From Vicinamibacterales bacterium (GTDB taxonomy: Bacteria; Acidobacteriota; Vicinamibacteria; Vicinamibacterales; 2-12-FULL-66-21): DNA of 64,000 nucleotides. The stretch spans positions 20,491 to 84,490 of the forward strand of contig DASTVZ010000227.1 of assembly GCA_035758845.1 (NCBI GenBank). The letters are read 5' to 3'. The position numbers and the translations under genes are program-made. Shown piece by piece: positions 38,680-48,855 of this stretch. Below the pieces are notes generated by a model. That model searched no databases, had not been told where the DNA came from, and was given only the letters and a program-made list of their open reading frames with translations. Each line of letters begins with the position of its first letter. Within the stretch, counting starts at the first letter, position 1.

Positions 38680-39456
38680 GTGAAGCTGACCGTCACGGTC
38701 ATCACGCGCGACGAGGCGGCGAACATCGCCGCCGCTCTTCAATCCGTCTCCTGGGCCGACGAGATCATCGTCGTCGACTCGCAAAGTCGCGACGACACTG
38801 TCGCGCTCGCTCGAAAGCTGGCCACCCGCGTCGAAGTTCGCGAGTGGCCGGGCTACAGCGCACAGAAGAATTACGCGGCGAGCATCGCGTCGAACGATTG
38901 GATCCTCTCACTCGACGCCGACGAGCGCGTCACGCCAGAACTCGCAGCAGAGATCCAGGAACTTCTGCACAAGCAACCCGCGGAGTGCGCCTACCGAATT
39001 CCGCGGGTGACCTGGTATCTCGGACGATGGATCCGATCGACCGATTGGTATCCGGACTATCAGCTTCGTCTCTACGATCGCCGCGCCGCGCGATGGAATG
39101 CGCGACGAGTCCACGAGTCGGTCGAAGCCGATCGACCGCCAGGAGTACTTCGCCACGAACTTCAGCATTACGCGTATCGCGACATCTCCCATCATCTGGC
39201 GACGATTGACAAGTACACGACGCTGGCAGCGGAGCAATGGCTGTCTGAGGGACGTCGCACCAGCGCGCTCGAGATGTTCTTCCACCCGCGATTCGCCTTC
39301 ATCCGGAATTACGTACTCAGAGCCGGATTCAGCGACGGCGCCGTCGGCCTGCTCGTGTCCAGAATGAACGCGTATTACGTGTTCCTGAAACTGGCAAAAC
39401 TGTGGGAATTGCAGTCAGCCAGCCGCCAGCCGCCAGCCGCTCGCCGCAACAACTGA
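38680..39456 (+). CDS. Glycosyltransferase family 2 protein (LPS-core WaaE/KdtX-like)
   Basis: 258 aa with a GTG start. LTVTVITRDEAANI... and LSLDADER (DxD context). Confidence 0.8.
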   Translation: MKLTVTVITRDEAANIAAALQSVSWADEIIVVDSQSRDDTVALARKLATRVEVREWPGYSAQKNYAASIASNDWILSLDADERVTPELAAEIQELLHKQPAECAYRIPRVTWYLGRWIRSTDWYPDYQLRLYDRRAARWNARRVHESVEADRPPGVLRHELQHYAYRDISHHLATIDKYTTLAAEQWLSEGRRTSALEMFFHPRFAFIRNYVLRAGFSDGAVGLLVSRMNAYYVFLKLAKLWELQSASRQPPAARRNN

Positions 39457-40562
39457 TGTTCTCTTTGCACATCGACACGGCGCGCACGTGGCGAGGCGGG
39501 CAGAACCAGGTGCTGACCACGCTGATGGGACTGCGGGCGCTAGGACATCGGACGATGCTGGTTGCGCATTCGGAAGGCGAATTGCGGCAACGGGCCGCTG
39601 AAGGTCTCGATCTCGTGCCGCTCGCGCCAAAGACGGAGCTGGACCTCACCGCGGCATGGCGGTTATCGCGACTTCTAAGACAGCTGAAGCCGGATGTCAT
39701 TCACGCCCACGACCCGCATGGCGTTGCGATGGCGGCTTTGGCGCTTTCGATGAGCACGCAGATTGTGAAACCGCCGCTGGTCGCCTCGCGGCGGGTTGAT
39801 TTTCATCTCCGAGGAAACTCCCTCTCGCGGTGGAAGTATCGCCAGGTCGATTGCTTCATCTGCGCGTCAGAGGCCATCCGCCAGATACTCGTCGGAGACG
39901 GCGTTCCAGAATCGCGTGCCGTGACGGTGCATGAAGGAATCGACATCGAACGAGTCGAGCGCGCGGAACCCGCGAACCTCCATGGAGAGTTCTGGCTTCC
40001 GCATCACGCCCCGATAGTCGGCAACGTCGCCGCACTCGTCCCGCACAAAGGACAGCGTCACCTGATCGATGCGGCAAAGGCGGTCGTGCTCCAGATGCCC
40101 GACACCCGATTCATCATCGCCGGTGAAGGCGAATTGCGGCCGGCGCTCGAGAGGCAGATCAGGGACTACCATCTCGAGAAACACGTCCTGCTCGCGGGTT
40201 TCAGGCCTGACGTGCTCTCGTTGCACAAGGCGTTCGACATCTTCGTGATGAGCTCCGTGACCGAAGGGCTGGGGACGTCATTGTTGGACGCAATGGCGGC
40301 AGGCAAACCGATTGTCGCGACGCGCGCGGGCGGCATCCCGGAGGTCGTTGCACACGAAGAAACCGGTGTTCTGGTTCCTCCTCGCGATCACGACGCGATG
40401 GCCGAAGCCATTGTTCGGCTGCTGAAAGACGCGATGCTGCGAGGCCAGATGGGTGACGCTGGCCGCGCTCGCGCACGGTCACTGTTCAGCGCCGAGCGCA
40501 TGGTCCAGAATACGCTGAACGTCTATCAACGGGTGGCGATGGAGCCGCATCAAGAGAGCTGA
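39456..40562 (+). CDS. Glycosyltransferase family 4 protein
   Basis: ORF 39402..40562 trimmed to ATG 39456, which overlaps the previous stop (TGATG). EGLGTSLLDAMAAGKPIVATRAGGIPEVV (E-x7-E motif). Confidence 0.85.
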   Translation: MFSLHIDTARTWRGGQNQVLTTLMGLRALGHRTMLVAHSEGELRQRAAEGLDLVPLAPKTELDLTAAWRLSRLLRQLKPDVIHAHDPHGVAMAALALSMSTQIVKPPLVASRRVDFHLRGNSLSRWKYRQVDCFICASEAIRQILVGDGVPESRAVTVHEGIDIERVERAEPANLHGEFWLPHHAPIVGNVAALVPHKGQRHLIDAAKAVVLQMPDTRFIIAGEGELRPALERQIRDYHLEKHVLLAGFRPDVLSLHKAFDIFVMSSVTEGLGTSLLDAMAAGKPIVATRAGGIPEVVAHEETGVLVPPRDHDAMAEAIVRLLKDAMLRGQMGDAGRARARSLFSAERMVQNTLNVYQRVAMEPHQES

Positions 40563-40563
40563 G

Positions 40564-41091
40564 CTATCGAACCGCCACCAAACCGGACTTACACCCCGAC
40601 CTTCCCCTGGGACATTCATCGAACGTAACCGCCGCCCCATTCTGCGAAAACGTGACGCCTCGTACGATGTGCGACGAGGGAGTCCCGTCGGGTTCGATCA
40701 GATTCACTCGATTGACCGGCTTTCGCGCGACGCCATCGAAGATGCGCAGCTGATAACCATTGATGACAAACCCCACACGGTAGCCGTCGGACGCCCACGC
40801 GATCTCGTCGCAGTGCTCGGTGCCTGGTGTCAGTTCAGCAACTTTCACGACGTCTGCCCTCGTGGTGCCAAGCCAGAGCGTTTCACACCAGCCTGCGGCA
40901 CAGGGTTGCTTCTTCACCAGCGCGATCTTCTGCGCGTTCGAAGGACTCGCAGCCATGAGTTCCTGCACCGCGCCGACGCGTTTCCCTACTATGTAGACCG
41001 CGACAAACGCCGGCGCAAGCGCGACCAGCAGAAATGCAGCGTTCAACCTCGCCTGGCGCCGCGCGGGTGACACAGTCCTCGAAGCGGACAT
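40564..41091 (-). CDS. Hypothetical membrane-anchored protein
   Basis: 175 aa with one N-terminal TM helix (AAFLLVALAPAFVAVYIV) and 6 Cys in the ectodomain. No family recognised. Confidence 0.5.
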   Translation of the reverse strand: MSASRTVSPARRQARLNAAFLLVALAPAFVAVYIVGKRVGAVQELMAASPSNAQKIALVKKQPCAAGWCETLWLGTTRADVVKVAELTPGTEHCDEIAWASDGYRVGFVINGYQLRIFDGVARKPVNRVNLIEPDGTPSSHIVRGVTFSQNGAAVTFDECPRGRSGCKSGLVAVR

Positions 41092-41921
41092 TGAGAGTCT
41101 CCCTGTTTTCTGCCAAACCCGCAGGCGTTCATCATGCCGACGTGGCAGAGAGAAAAATCAAAGCTCACCGGATCGTTCGCGTTCAAGGCGCGGAGTGACG
41201 CGGTGATGTCAGCAGCCATGCGCCATCCGGGGCTCGTGTAGCGCGTCAGCCGAAGACATCGCCCCAGACGAATCACGTGCGTGTCGAGCGGCACGATAAG
41301 TTTCGACCGCGGCACGTTCGTCCACACTCCAAGATCGACTTCGTCGCGGCGCACCATCCAGCGCAAAAACAAATTGAGCCGTTTGCACGCACTGCCGGCT
41401 GACGGACGCGGAAAGAAGTAGCACACGCCCGGGCGCCTCGGTTGCCGACCGTACGCCCGGCGCATATCCAGCGCAAGCGATCGCTTCGAGAAGCTGTCGA
41501 GCGCCGGACCGATGTCCTCGTCACTGGCATTCAGTCCTTCGAGGAAGAATCGTTCGATCGAACCCGACCGTTCGACCATCTGCCGGAGCATCCACAGGAG
41601 CGCGATGAGATCCTCGCCTCGGATCCAGCGATGCACCATCATGCGCATGATGCGAGGTGCGGCTTCCGGTGTGAAGCTCCGTACAAATTCGGCAGGCTTC
41701 GCCCCGAGCGAGGCAAACAGCGCATCGATTGAATTGAGGACGCTCGCGACGCGGCCGAACGCAAGTGCCGCAGCGCAGAAGCCGGCGATCTCGCGGTCGG
41801 CGGGATCGGCGAACGGCCTCACCTTCTGGATGGGATCGCTGGCGGAGTCCTCGCGGTTGTAATCGTGATAGAGGGCATCGAGTCGGCTGGCAAGCTCGAC
41901 GTCATGAGTGGCACGTCGCAT
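41043..41921 (-). CDS. TIGR02757 family protein (DUF2400)
   Basis: 292 aa. ACKRLNLFLRWMVRRDEVDLGVWTNVPRSKLIVPLDTHVIRLGRCLRL and DPVSFDFSLCHVGM match my recollection of this family. Confidence 0.65.
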   Translation of the reverse strand: MRRATHDVELASRLDALYHDYNREDSASDPIQKVRPFADPADREIAGFCAAALAFGRVASVLNSIDALFASLGAKPAEFVRSFTPEAAPRIMRMMVHRWIRGEDLIALLWMLRQMVERSGSIERFFLEGLNASDEDIGPALDSFSKRSLALDMRRAYGRQPRRPGVCYFFPRPSAGSACKRLNLFLRWMVRRDEVDLGVWTNVPRSKLIVPLDTHVIRLGRCLRLTRYTSPGWRMAADITASLRALNANDPVSFDFSLCHVGMMNACGFGRKQGDSQCPLRGLCHPRGARRG

Positions 41922-41948
41922 CGGACGCGACGATGATAGCTGACACGG

Positions 41949-42087
41949 CAGAAAATGCTGAATGCTGATTGCTGAATGCTGATTGACAGTTTCACATCCA
42001 ATCAGCGTTCAGCCAACCAGCCAGCATCAGAATTCAGCCAAGCAACCAAACAATCACCAATCAGAACTCAGCATTCAGCAATTTCAG
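41949..42087. repeat. AT-rich heptamer hairpin element, largest copy
   Basis: The left arm is CAGAAAATGCTGAATGCTGATTGCTGAATGCTGATTGA. The extended right arm is ...AATCAGCGTTCAGCCAACCAGCCAGCATCAGAATTCAGCC...CAATCACCAATCAGAACTCAGCATTCAGCAATTTCAG. The TGA stop of the CARDB protein (42084-42086) lies in the terminal CTGAAA. Confidence 0.8.
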
Positions 42088-45000
42088 TTAATCCTGATCG
42101 TTACCGGCCGCGTGTTGTTGGTCTCCGATGTCTCAGTCACCGCATTGTCCGCGTCACTGACCGCGATGATGTAATACGTCCCCGCTGCCGTGCCTGGCGG
42201 AATCGTCACGGACGCTGGTCCAGAGTTGGTCAGGCCAGGACCGAGGGCACCGACTGGGCGATTCCCGATCTCCGGATCGGTGGTTTCGAACGTGAAGTTC
42301 ACCGACAGATAGAAGCGCGTCGTCGACGCACCCGCCGCGCCGCCGCCTGCGTTCCTGACCGTGTCGGTCACCTGAATCGTCGCGCCTGCGGTCGCCGATA
42401 TCGGGCCGGTGAGCGCCGACACTGTCAGATCCGGTCCAACGCGCGTGGTCCCGTACGATACGTTGTTCGTCTCAGCCGACTCCTGGACGGCATTGGTGTC
42501 GTCGGCGCTGACCAGGATGAAGTACTGTCCGAGCTCCGTATCGGCCGGAATGGTCACCGGGGTACTCCCCGAGCTGGTCTGGCCGGGTTGGAGCGCCGGG
42601 ACATTCCGGCTGCCCAGGAATTTATCGCCAGCATCCAGCGAGAAGTTCGTCGACAGATAGAACGACGTCGTCGAGCTTCCGGCCATGCTGCTGCCCTGGT
42701 TCTTCACCGTGTCGTTCACCGTCAGCGGGAACCCGGCACCGGCGGCGGTCGGTATGGAAGTGGCCGATTCGATGAGATCAGGACCAATCTTGATCGCGGT
42801 ACTGAACTTGACGTTGTTCGCTTCCGATGTCTCAGTCAGTACACCTGGGCCGTCGGCCTTCGCGATGATGTAGTAGGTGCCGGCCGCAGTGTTCGATGGA
42901 ATGTTGACCATCGTCGACCCCGATTCAGTCAGGCCCGCCGTAAGCGCGCCGACCGAGCGACTTGTGAGTGCCGGGTCAGAACTGTCGAGGGAAATGTTTG
43001 GCGACAGGTAGAAGGTGGTTGACGAGGCGGCCGCGTTACCGCCGCCCTGATTCTTCGTCGTATCGCCGACACTGATGGAACTGCCCGCCGCAGCCGTCGC
43101 CGGAACGGTCAACGTGGTGACCACGAGGTCGGGACCGACTGGAATGATCGATCCCGTCTTCACGTTGTTGTTTTCGTTCGATTCCGAGACCGTCAGGTTG
43201 GCGTCCGCCTTCGCGATCAGATAGTAGTTGCCCACAGCGGCGTTGGATGGAACGGTAAACGTGCTTGCGACTGAGTCCGTTACTCCAGGTGCGAGCGAGC
43301 CAACGTTGCGGGTGCCCAGCGAAATGTCGTTAGCGTCGATGACGGTGTTCGTCGACAGGTAAAACGCGGTCACTGACGTGTCGGAGGCTCCAGTTCCCTG
43401 GTTTTTCGTCGTGTCATTCACGGTAATCGGTAAGCCTGCGCCAGCTGTCGTCGGGCCGGTGACCGCCGTGACGACGAGATCCGACGGAGAATCGTTGCTG
43501 ACGATCGTGACGACGGCGCCAGCCGATGCGATCGCGTAGGCTGGATCAGGTGCGACGCTCGCCACGACCGTTTCATTGGCCTCCACCGCCAGATCGTCAA
43601 TCGGCGTGACGGGAACGACTGCCGTTGCGGAACCCGGATCGATGCTGACAACTCCGGACAGGGCAATGTAATCGCTGCCTGGCGTCGCGGTGCCGCCGAC
43701 CGAGTAATGAACGATCAGGGCCTGGGTCGTGTCGCCAGTACGAGCGAACGTAAATGCGCCGGCGACCGTGCCAGCTTCTGTCGCCGTTGCCGTCGATGCG
43801 GTCACCGTCACGGCCGGCGCGTTCGACGGCGGTGTCGACGAGCTGCAGTTCGGCAGTGAAAAAGCTCCGATGCGCGTCTGCCAACCAGCATCGCTCGTGA
43901 CCGCGTAATACTGCTGCGTATACCAGAAGGTGCAGTCGTCGACGGGATCGACCACCATCGAACTGTAGTCCCCCCATCGACCGCTCGTGTTCGTCTGAGA
44001 ACCAGTGCCGACAATCAGATCGCTTTCACCGAGCGTCATCGAGTTCGGAGGATCGGTCGCGAGACGGCCGGTGTAACGAATCGATGGGAACGTGGAAGGG
44101 CCGGTCACACTGAAGCCGAGCGCAAGATTGCCCGCTGAATCCATCGCGACGCTGCCCATCCAGCGATGATCCGAATCCGGCGCATACGTGCCCTGCTGAT
44201 AAATGGACGGCGACGACCCTGGATTCCGGATTTCGTACCAGCGCAGGCCGGCGTGATCCGCGCCGTCGACATCGACCGTGTGGGTCACGACCAGCGATTC
44301 ATGGTCGCCAAAATTTCGATACTGCAATCGATATAGCAGGCGATCTGACATCGCGTCGACCTTCGTCGTCGTGCCGGGCTGCGGCAAACAGTTTCGGGCG
44401 TTCCCGCACATGTCAGAGTCGAATGGCGCCGTGGGCAGCACCGCAGTGCGCGTGAACGACGATTGCGACGGCGTCGTCCAGTCGGCATGGAATTGCCAGA
44501 GCTGGAGTTGATCCGAAGGCGTGTAGCCCCAGGCATCGTCGTCCATCTCGACCAAGTAGGCCGGCGACCCCGTCGGCGGTGCCGGTCCATCGAGATCGGC
44601 CGGAAGCATGCCGCCGAGATTCATATCGGTCGACGCCAGGTCGTAATAGATCGCCGAGGCCGGCTGGCCGGCGAGCATCTTCGCGCGATCGAATGCCACG
44701 ACGCCCTGTCCTGCCCACTGCAGCGAGATCGCCGTGTACTGGTTGATCGACATGTAATAGCCGTCGGGCCACACCGCCAGCTTGGGATAGTCGTTCAGCT
44801 TGTCGAATGAGTACTGATAGCGATAGTAGGCGCCGAGCGGATCGGGCGTCGCCGAGATGGCGATACATTCGTAGAACGGACCGAACAGAAGAATACCGAA
44901 GAAGTTGTTCGGAACTGCGAGCTGGCTCATCACCCAGCGATCGGCGAGGTGATCGTAGCGAACGATCGGATCGCCGTCGTTGCGCGTTTCGCACGGTCCG

Positions 45001-45488
45001 CCGAACCCACTCCACAGCGTATTCGCCGCCGCCGGACCATACAGCAAGGCTGGCGGCGTGGTTGCGGTCCCTTTGCTGTAGACCGCAAATGAGAGGTTGA
45101 CCCACTGGACAAAATGATTCGGCCCGACATCGCCGTTCGTGTCTGGCGGCAACACGGCGTTCACGTTGCCGATGCCTTCGACATTGCGTGAGGGTCCGGG
45201 AATCGTCGGAAGCTCAGGAGACGTCTGGACAACGGGGTCAGAGAGCAGACCCGACGGATGTCGCGACGCGCGCCGCCATCGCGGCTCGCGTTCCTTCACC
45301 ATCTCGCCAATTGGAGGCGTTCCCGGCGGCAGATCGCGAAGCCTCGGGGATCGATCGAATCGATCCAGCTTGATAACGGCTGTTGGTGAGCCCGCGCGCG
45401 TCGCTGACGGCGCCGGGCGCTGGGCCCTGATGTCAGTCACGGACACCAGCGCGGTGAGAACGGCCACGACAAACAGGCGATGTCTCAT
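42084..45488 (-). CDS. Large secreted protein: unknown N-terminal domain, Calx-beta-like domain, then 4 tandem CARDB-like repeats
   Basis: 1134 aa with a signal peptide ([23 protein letters not shown]). Calx-beta-like segment ...[29 protein letters not shown]... Four repeats of 116-117 aa begin (S/P)DL(V/I/T) and carry TKNQG ... FYLS ... YY(L/I)IA ... E.NN (about 42084-43484). Confidence 0.75.
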   Translation of the reverse strand: MRHRLFVVAVLTALVSVTDIRAQRPAPSATRAGSPTAVIKLDRFDRSPRLRDLPPGTPPIGEMVKEREPRWRRASRHPSGLLSDPVVQTSPELPTIPGPSRNVEGIGNVNAVLPPDTNGDVGPNHFVQWVNLSFAVYSKGTATTPPALLYGPAAANTLWSGFGGPCETRNDGDPIVRYDHLADRWVMSQLAVPNNFFGILLFGPFYECIAISATPDPLGAYYRYQYSFDKLNDYPKLAVWPDGYYMSINQYTAISLQWAGQGVVAFDRAKMLAGQPASAIYYDLASTDMNLGGMLPADLDGPAPPTGSPAYLVEMDDDAWGYTPSDQLQLWQFHADWTTPSQSSFTRTAVLPTAPFDSDMCGNARNCLPQPGTTTKVDAMSDRLLYRLQYRNFGDHESLVVTHTVDVDGADHAGLRWYEIRNPGSSPSIYQQGTYAPDSDHRWMGSVAMDSAGNLALGFSVTGPSTFPSIRYTGRLATDPPNSMTLGESDLIVGTGSQTNTSGRWGDYSSMVVDPVDDCTFWYTQQYYAVTSDAGWQTRIGAFSLPNCSSSTPPSNAPAVTVTASTATATEAGTVAGAFTFARTGDTTQALIVHYSVGGTATPGSDYIALSGVVSIDPGSATAVVPVTPIDDLAVEANETVVASVAPDPAYAIASAGAVVTIVSNDSPSDLVVTAVTGPTTAGAGLPITVNDTTKNQGTGASDTSVTAFYLSTNTVIDANDISLGTRNVGSLAPGVTDSVASTFTVPSNAAVGNYYLIAKADANLTVSESNENNNVKTGSIIPVGPDLVVTTLTVPATAAAGSSISVGDTTKNQGGGNAAASSTTFYLSPNISLDSSDPALTSRSVGALTAGLTESGSTMVNIPSNTAAGTYYIIAKADGPGVLTETSEANNVKFSTAIKIGPDLIESATSIPTAAGAGFPLTVNDTVKNQGSSMAGSSTTSFYLSTNFSLDAGDKFLGSRNVPALQPGQTSSGSTPVTIPADTELGQYFILVSADDTNAVQESAETNNVSYGTTRVGPDLTVSALTGPISATAGATIQVTDTVRNAGGGAAGASTTRFYLSVNFTFETTDPEIGNRPVGALGPGLTNSGPASVTIPPGTAAGTYYIIAVSDADNAVTETSETNNTRPVTIRIN

Positions 45489-45742
45489 GCGCGGGGTCCG
45501 CGCAAGGCTTATACCGTCGAGTTGGGCGCCACGAGGTCTTCAGCCATCGCCTAACCCATTAAAATGCAGCATGTTACGGCCTTGGTTCCAGAGCTGTCGA
45601 AACTTGTCAGAGAGCGGCGGCCACACAGATGCGTGGAATCGATGACAAAAGCGTACCGAGTGTCAGCCTTTTATCGGGAACGCAGTTCCCTAAACCCTGC
45701 GTTGGTTCGGATGTGGCGCCAGCCTCTTGCCTCGCGTCACGC

Positions 45743-46417
45743 TCAGAAAGTCGTGATTGGCATGCCCTCGCGGCACATCGGACATGCCTCCGCCGGGTAG
45801 TTCTCGGGCGCGGCATAGTCGGCAAGCGAGTAATTCGGCACCCCAAGATCAACGATCGCTTCCATGCGATCGAATATCTCAACGGTCGCAATCACCTTCC
45901 CGGCTGCTTCAGTGATGAGGCCGGCGCTGCGCTCGAACGTCTTCCCGGTGTTGCGCACGTCGTCGGCGAGCAGCACGCGCTTTCCCGCCAGCTGCTTGCG
46001 GTAGAAACTTCGCAGGACCGATGCCTCCGCTGCGTTCGGGAGCGGAGCAAAACTGCACGGTGGATGTAAGAGCGGCCGACGACCATCGATCAGCCCCGCG
46101 ATCGTGTGCGCGAGCAGCGCGCCACCGGTCGCAGGTCCGGCAACGACATCTGTCTGCGCGATGATTTCGCCTGGCAGGACGTCGAGGAGATCCTGCGCCA
46201 GCCGCCAGATCGTCGACGGGTGGCGAAAGAGCTGATGCGGGTTCAGATAGACGCGACCGTGAAAGCCATTTCCATAGTCGAAGTGTCCGTCGCGCATCAG
46301 TACTTCGAGATCCTGCAGCGTCTTCAGCGCCTGACGGCGCACATCGTTCTGGCGTGTCACGTCGAATGGCCTCTTCTCAGTCAATAGCGGCATTGCGATA
46401 AACGACCTTTCCTCCAA
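45743..46417 (-). CDS. Phosphoribosyltransferase family protein (divergent OPRT-like paralog)
   Basis: 224 aa. PRPP loop VLLADDVRNTGKTF and a C-terminal CPMC like pyrE's CPLC. The start is uncertain (ATG 46417 or 46393), and both overlap the pyrC 3' end. Confidence 0.7.
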   Translation of the reverse strand: MEERSFIAMPLLTEKRPFDVTRQNDVRRQALKTLQDLEVLMRDGHFDYGNGFHGRVYLNPHQLFRHPSTIWRLAQDLLDVLPGEIIAQTDVVAGPATGGALLAHTIAGLIDGRRPLLHPPCSFAPLPNAAEASVLRSFYRKQLAGKRVLLADDVRNTGKTFERSAGLITEAAGKVIATVEIFDRMEAIVDLGVPNYSLADYAAPENYPAEACPMCREGMPITTF

Positions 46418-47675
46418 CGATGGTGGCGATCACAGCGCCGACCATCTGCCAGCGATCGAACGGCGTGTTCTTCGACTTCGAAACGAGCTTCCCGGCATCG
46501 ATCGTCGTCGGCAGATCCGGCGCGAGCACGGTGATGTCGGCGGGCGCCCCTTCGTCGAGTCGTCCGCCGGGCAGGTGCAGCACGCGAGCCGGATTCACCG
46601 ACAGCAGTTCGATCATCCGCGTGAGCGAAATCCGACCGGGATGCAGCAGTCGATCGAAAACGATCGGCACCGCGGTCTCGAGGCCGACAATTCCAAACGG
46701 CGCGTGATCGAATTCGACCATCTTCTCGTCAATGTGATGCGGCGCGTGGTCGGTCGCGATCACGTCGACGCTGCCGTCCGCGATGCCCTCGAGCATGGCA
46801 TCACGGTCGGCGGTCGCGCGAAGCGGCGGATTCATCTTGAAATTGGTGTCGTACTTGACCGCCCCGTCGAGTGAGTCATCAGTCAGGGTGAAATGATGCG
46901 GAGCCACTTCGCAGGTGACCTTGACGCCGCGATCTTTTCCGGCGCGCACAGCGCGGAGCGACTGATGCGCGCTCATATGCGCGATATGCACGTGCGCGCC
47001 GGCAAGCTCGGCGAGCGAGATATCGCGCTCGACCATGATCGATTCGGCTTCGCCCGGGATTCCCCGGAGACCAAGGCGCGCTGCCACGTATCCCTCGTGT
47101 GCGACACCATCGCCTTTGAGCGACGGATCTTCGCAGTGGTTCACGATCGGGACGCCAAGCATTTCGGCGTACTCGAGCGCTCTCCGCATCAGAAGCGCCG
47201 TGGCTACCGGGCGGCCGTCGTCGGTGAACGCCACGCACCCTGCATGCTTTTGTTCACCCAGCTCGGCGAGCTGCTCGCCTTTCGAGCCAATCGAGACAGC
47301 GCCGATTGGATACACGCGAGCGCGTCCCGCTTCTGTTGCCTTCTTCAGAATGAACTCGGTGATGCCGGCGTGATCATTAACCGGCTCGGTGTTGGGCATA
47401 CACGCAACCGCCGTGAAGCCACCCGCGATGGCCGATGCCGTACCCGTCGCGATCGTCTCTTTATGTTCCTGTCCCGGCTCTCGCAAATGGACATGGATGT
47501 CGATCAGTCCGGGCGACACGATCCAGCCGCGCCTGATTTCAAAGACGCTCGCACCCTCGACCGGAAGGTCTTTACCGATACGCGCCACGACGCCGTTGTC
47601 GATGAGGATGTCAAAATCGCCGTCGCGACCGTTGGCGGGGTCGATCACGCGGCCGCCCTTAACAATTAGTTTCAT
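46377..47675 (-). CDS. pyrC: Dihydroorotase
   Basis: 432 aa. GLIDIHVHLREPG metal motif and the DHAPH motif. Confidence 0.92.
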   Translation of the reverse strand: MKLIVKGGRVIDPANGRDGDFDILIDNGVVARIGKDLPVEGASVFEIRRGWIVSPGLIDIHVHLREPGQEHKETIATGTASAIAGGFTAVACMPNTEPVNDHAGITEFILKKATEAGRARVYPIGAVSIGSKGEQLAELGEQKHAGCVAFTDDGRPVATALLMRRALEYAEMLGVPIVNHCEDPSLKGDGVAHEGYVAARLGLRGIPGEAESIMVERDISLAELAGAHVHIAHMSAHQSLRAVRAGKDRGVKVTCEVAPHHFTLTDDSLDGAVKYDTNFKMNPPLRATADRDAMLEGIADGSVDVIATDHAPHHIDEKMVEFDHAPFGIVGLETAVPIVFDRLLHPGRISLTRMIELLSVNPARVLHLPGGRLDEGAPADITVLAPDLPTTIDAGKLVSKSKNTPFDRWQMVGAVIATIVGGKVVYRNAAID

Positions 47676-47678
47676 CGC

Positions 47679-47768
47679 CTAATGCACATCCAGCGGATCC
47701 ATCGAATCGCGCCCCGATAACAAATACAACACGGCCATTCGCACGGCGACACCATTCGAGACCTGCTC
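47679..47768 (-). pseudogene. Displaced duplicate of the pyrB 3' end (last 29 codons plus TAG)
   Basis: Translation [29 protein letters not shown] is identical to the C-terminus of pyrB (47878-47967). The two copies differ at 7 nt, all synonymous. It sits 3 nt upstream of the pyrC ATG. Confidence 0.85.
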
Positions 47769-47773
47769 GTATT

Positions 47774-47877
47774 CACTCCGAGGGGCTTTGCCCCTCGGAC
47801 TCCACTGCACGCTCGCTCGCGGGGCCCCGGGATCCCCGCTCCGCTCGCGTGGGCTCACTCGCGCGCTCGTTCGCCGC
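47774..47877. repeat. GC-rich REP-like element, copy C
   Basis: CACTCCGAGGGGCTTTGCCCCTCGGACTCCACTGCACGCTCGCTCGCGGGGCCCCGGGATCCCCGCTCCGCTCGCGTGGGCTCACTCGCGCGCTCGTTCGCCGCC. It lies exactly between the two pyrB 3'-end copies. Confidence 0.85.
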
Positions 47878-48855
47878 CTAATGCACATCCAGCGGATCCA
47901 TCGAATCGCGGCCGGATAATAGGTACAACACCGCCATTCGCACGGCGACACCATTGGAGACCTGCTCCAGAATCACCGAGAACGGACCGTCGGCAACCGC
48001 CGAATCAATTTCGACGCCACGATTCATGGGACCAGGGTGCATCACGATCGCGTCCGGGGCCGCCCGGCGCATCCGCTCCGGCGTCAGTCCGAACAGCGTG
48101 AAGTATTCACGCACCGACGGAATGTAGTGGCCGTGCATCCGTTCATGCTGGATCCGGAGCATCATCACGACGTCGGCCCCTTCCACCGCCTCGTCGACCG
48201 AGGTCGTCGCGTGGACACCGAACTCGGCGATATGTGACGGCATGAGCGTCGCCGGTGCGCACGCCCACACGTGGGCGCGCATCGTATTCAGCAAGGCGAC
48301 GTTCGACCGGAGAACACGGCTGTGCATCAGGTCGCCTACAATTGCGATCTTCAGGCCGGCCAGACGGCGCTTGTGCTCGCGGATGGTAAAGGCATCGAGC
48401 AGCGCCTGGGTTGGATGCTCGTGCATGCCGTCGCCGGCGTTGATGATCGTCGAGCGACACATCCGCGCCAACAGGTGCGGCGCACCGGATGACGAGTGGC
48501 GCATGACGATCATGTCGGGAGACATGGCCTCGATATTTCGCACCGTGTCGAGCAGCGACTCCCCCTTGGTGACGCTCGAGGTCGCAGTCGCAATGCTCAG
48601 CGTGTCGGCGCTGAGCCGCTTCTCCGCGATCTCGAACGACGTCCGGGTGCGCGTGCTCGGCTCGAAGAACAGGTTGACGACCGTCCGCCCCCGCAACGTC
48701 GGCACCTTCTTGATCGCGCGGCCGCCAATCTCCTTCATCGCTTCAGCGGTGTCGAGGATCAGACTGATTTCATCGGCCTCGAGGCCGTCGATTCCGAGCA
48801 GGTGCCGCGACTTCAACGTGACGGCAGCCGTGGGTGTCTCCGCGCTCGTCGTCAT
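47878..48855 (-). CDS. pyrB: Aspartate carbamoyltransferase catalytic subunit
   Basis: 325 aa. [13 protein letters not shown] and HPGPMNRG motifs. 4-nt overlap with pyrR. Confidence 0.93.
   Translation of the reverse strand: MTTSAETPTAAVTLKSRHLLGIDGLEADEISLILDTAEAMKEIGGRAIKKVPTLRGRTVVNLFFEPSTRTRTSFEIAEKRLSADTLSIATATSSVTKGESLLDTVRNIEAMSPDMIVMRHSSSGAPHLLARMCRSTIINAGDGMHEHPTQALLDAFTIREHKRRLAGLKIAIVGDLMHSRVLRSNVALLNTMRAHVWACAPATLMPSHIAEFGVHATTSVDEAVEGADVVMMLRIQHERMHGHYIPSVREYFTLFGLTPERMRRAAPDAIVMHPGPMNRGVEIDSAVADGPFSVILEQVSNGVAVRMAVLYLLSGRDSMDPLDVH

Noticed and set aside
47679-47954. ORF 47679..47954 considered as a real 91-aa gene.
   Set aside because: Its 5' part overlaps pyrB out of frame and its middle is the REP-like element. 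Only the last 29 codons are meaningful, as the duplicated pyrB end. It is treated as a displaced gene fragment.
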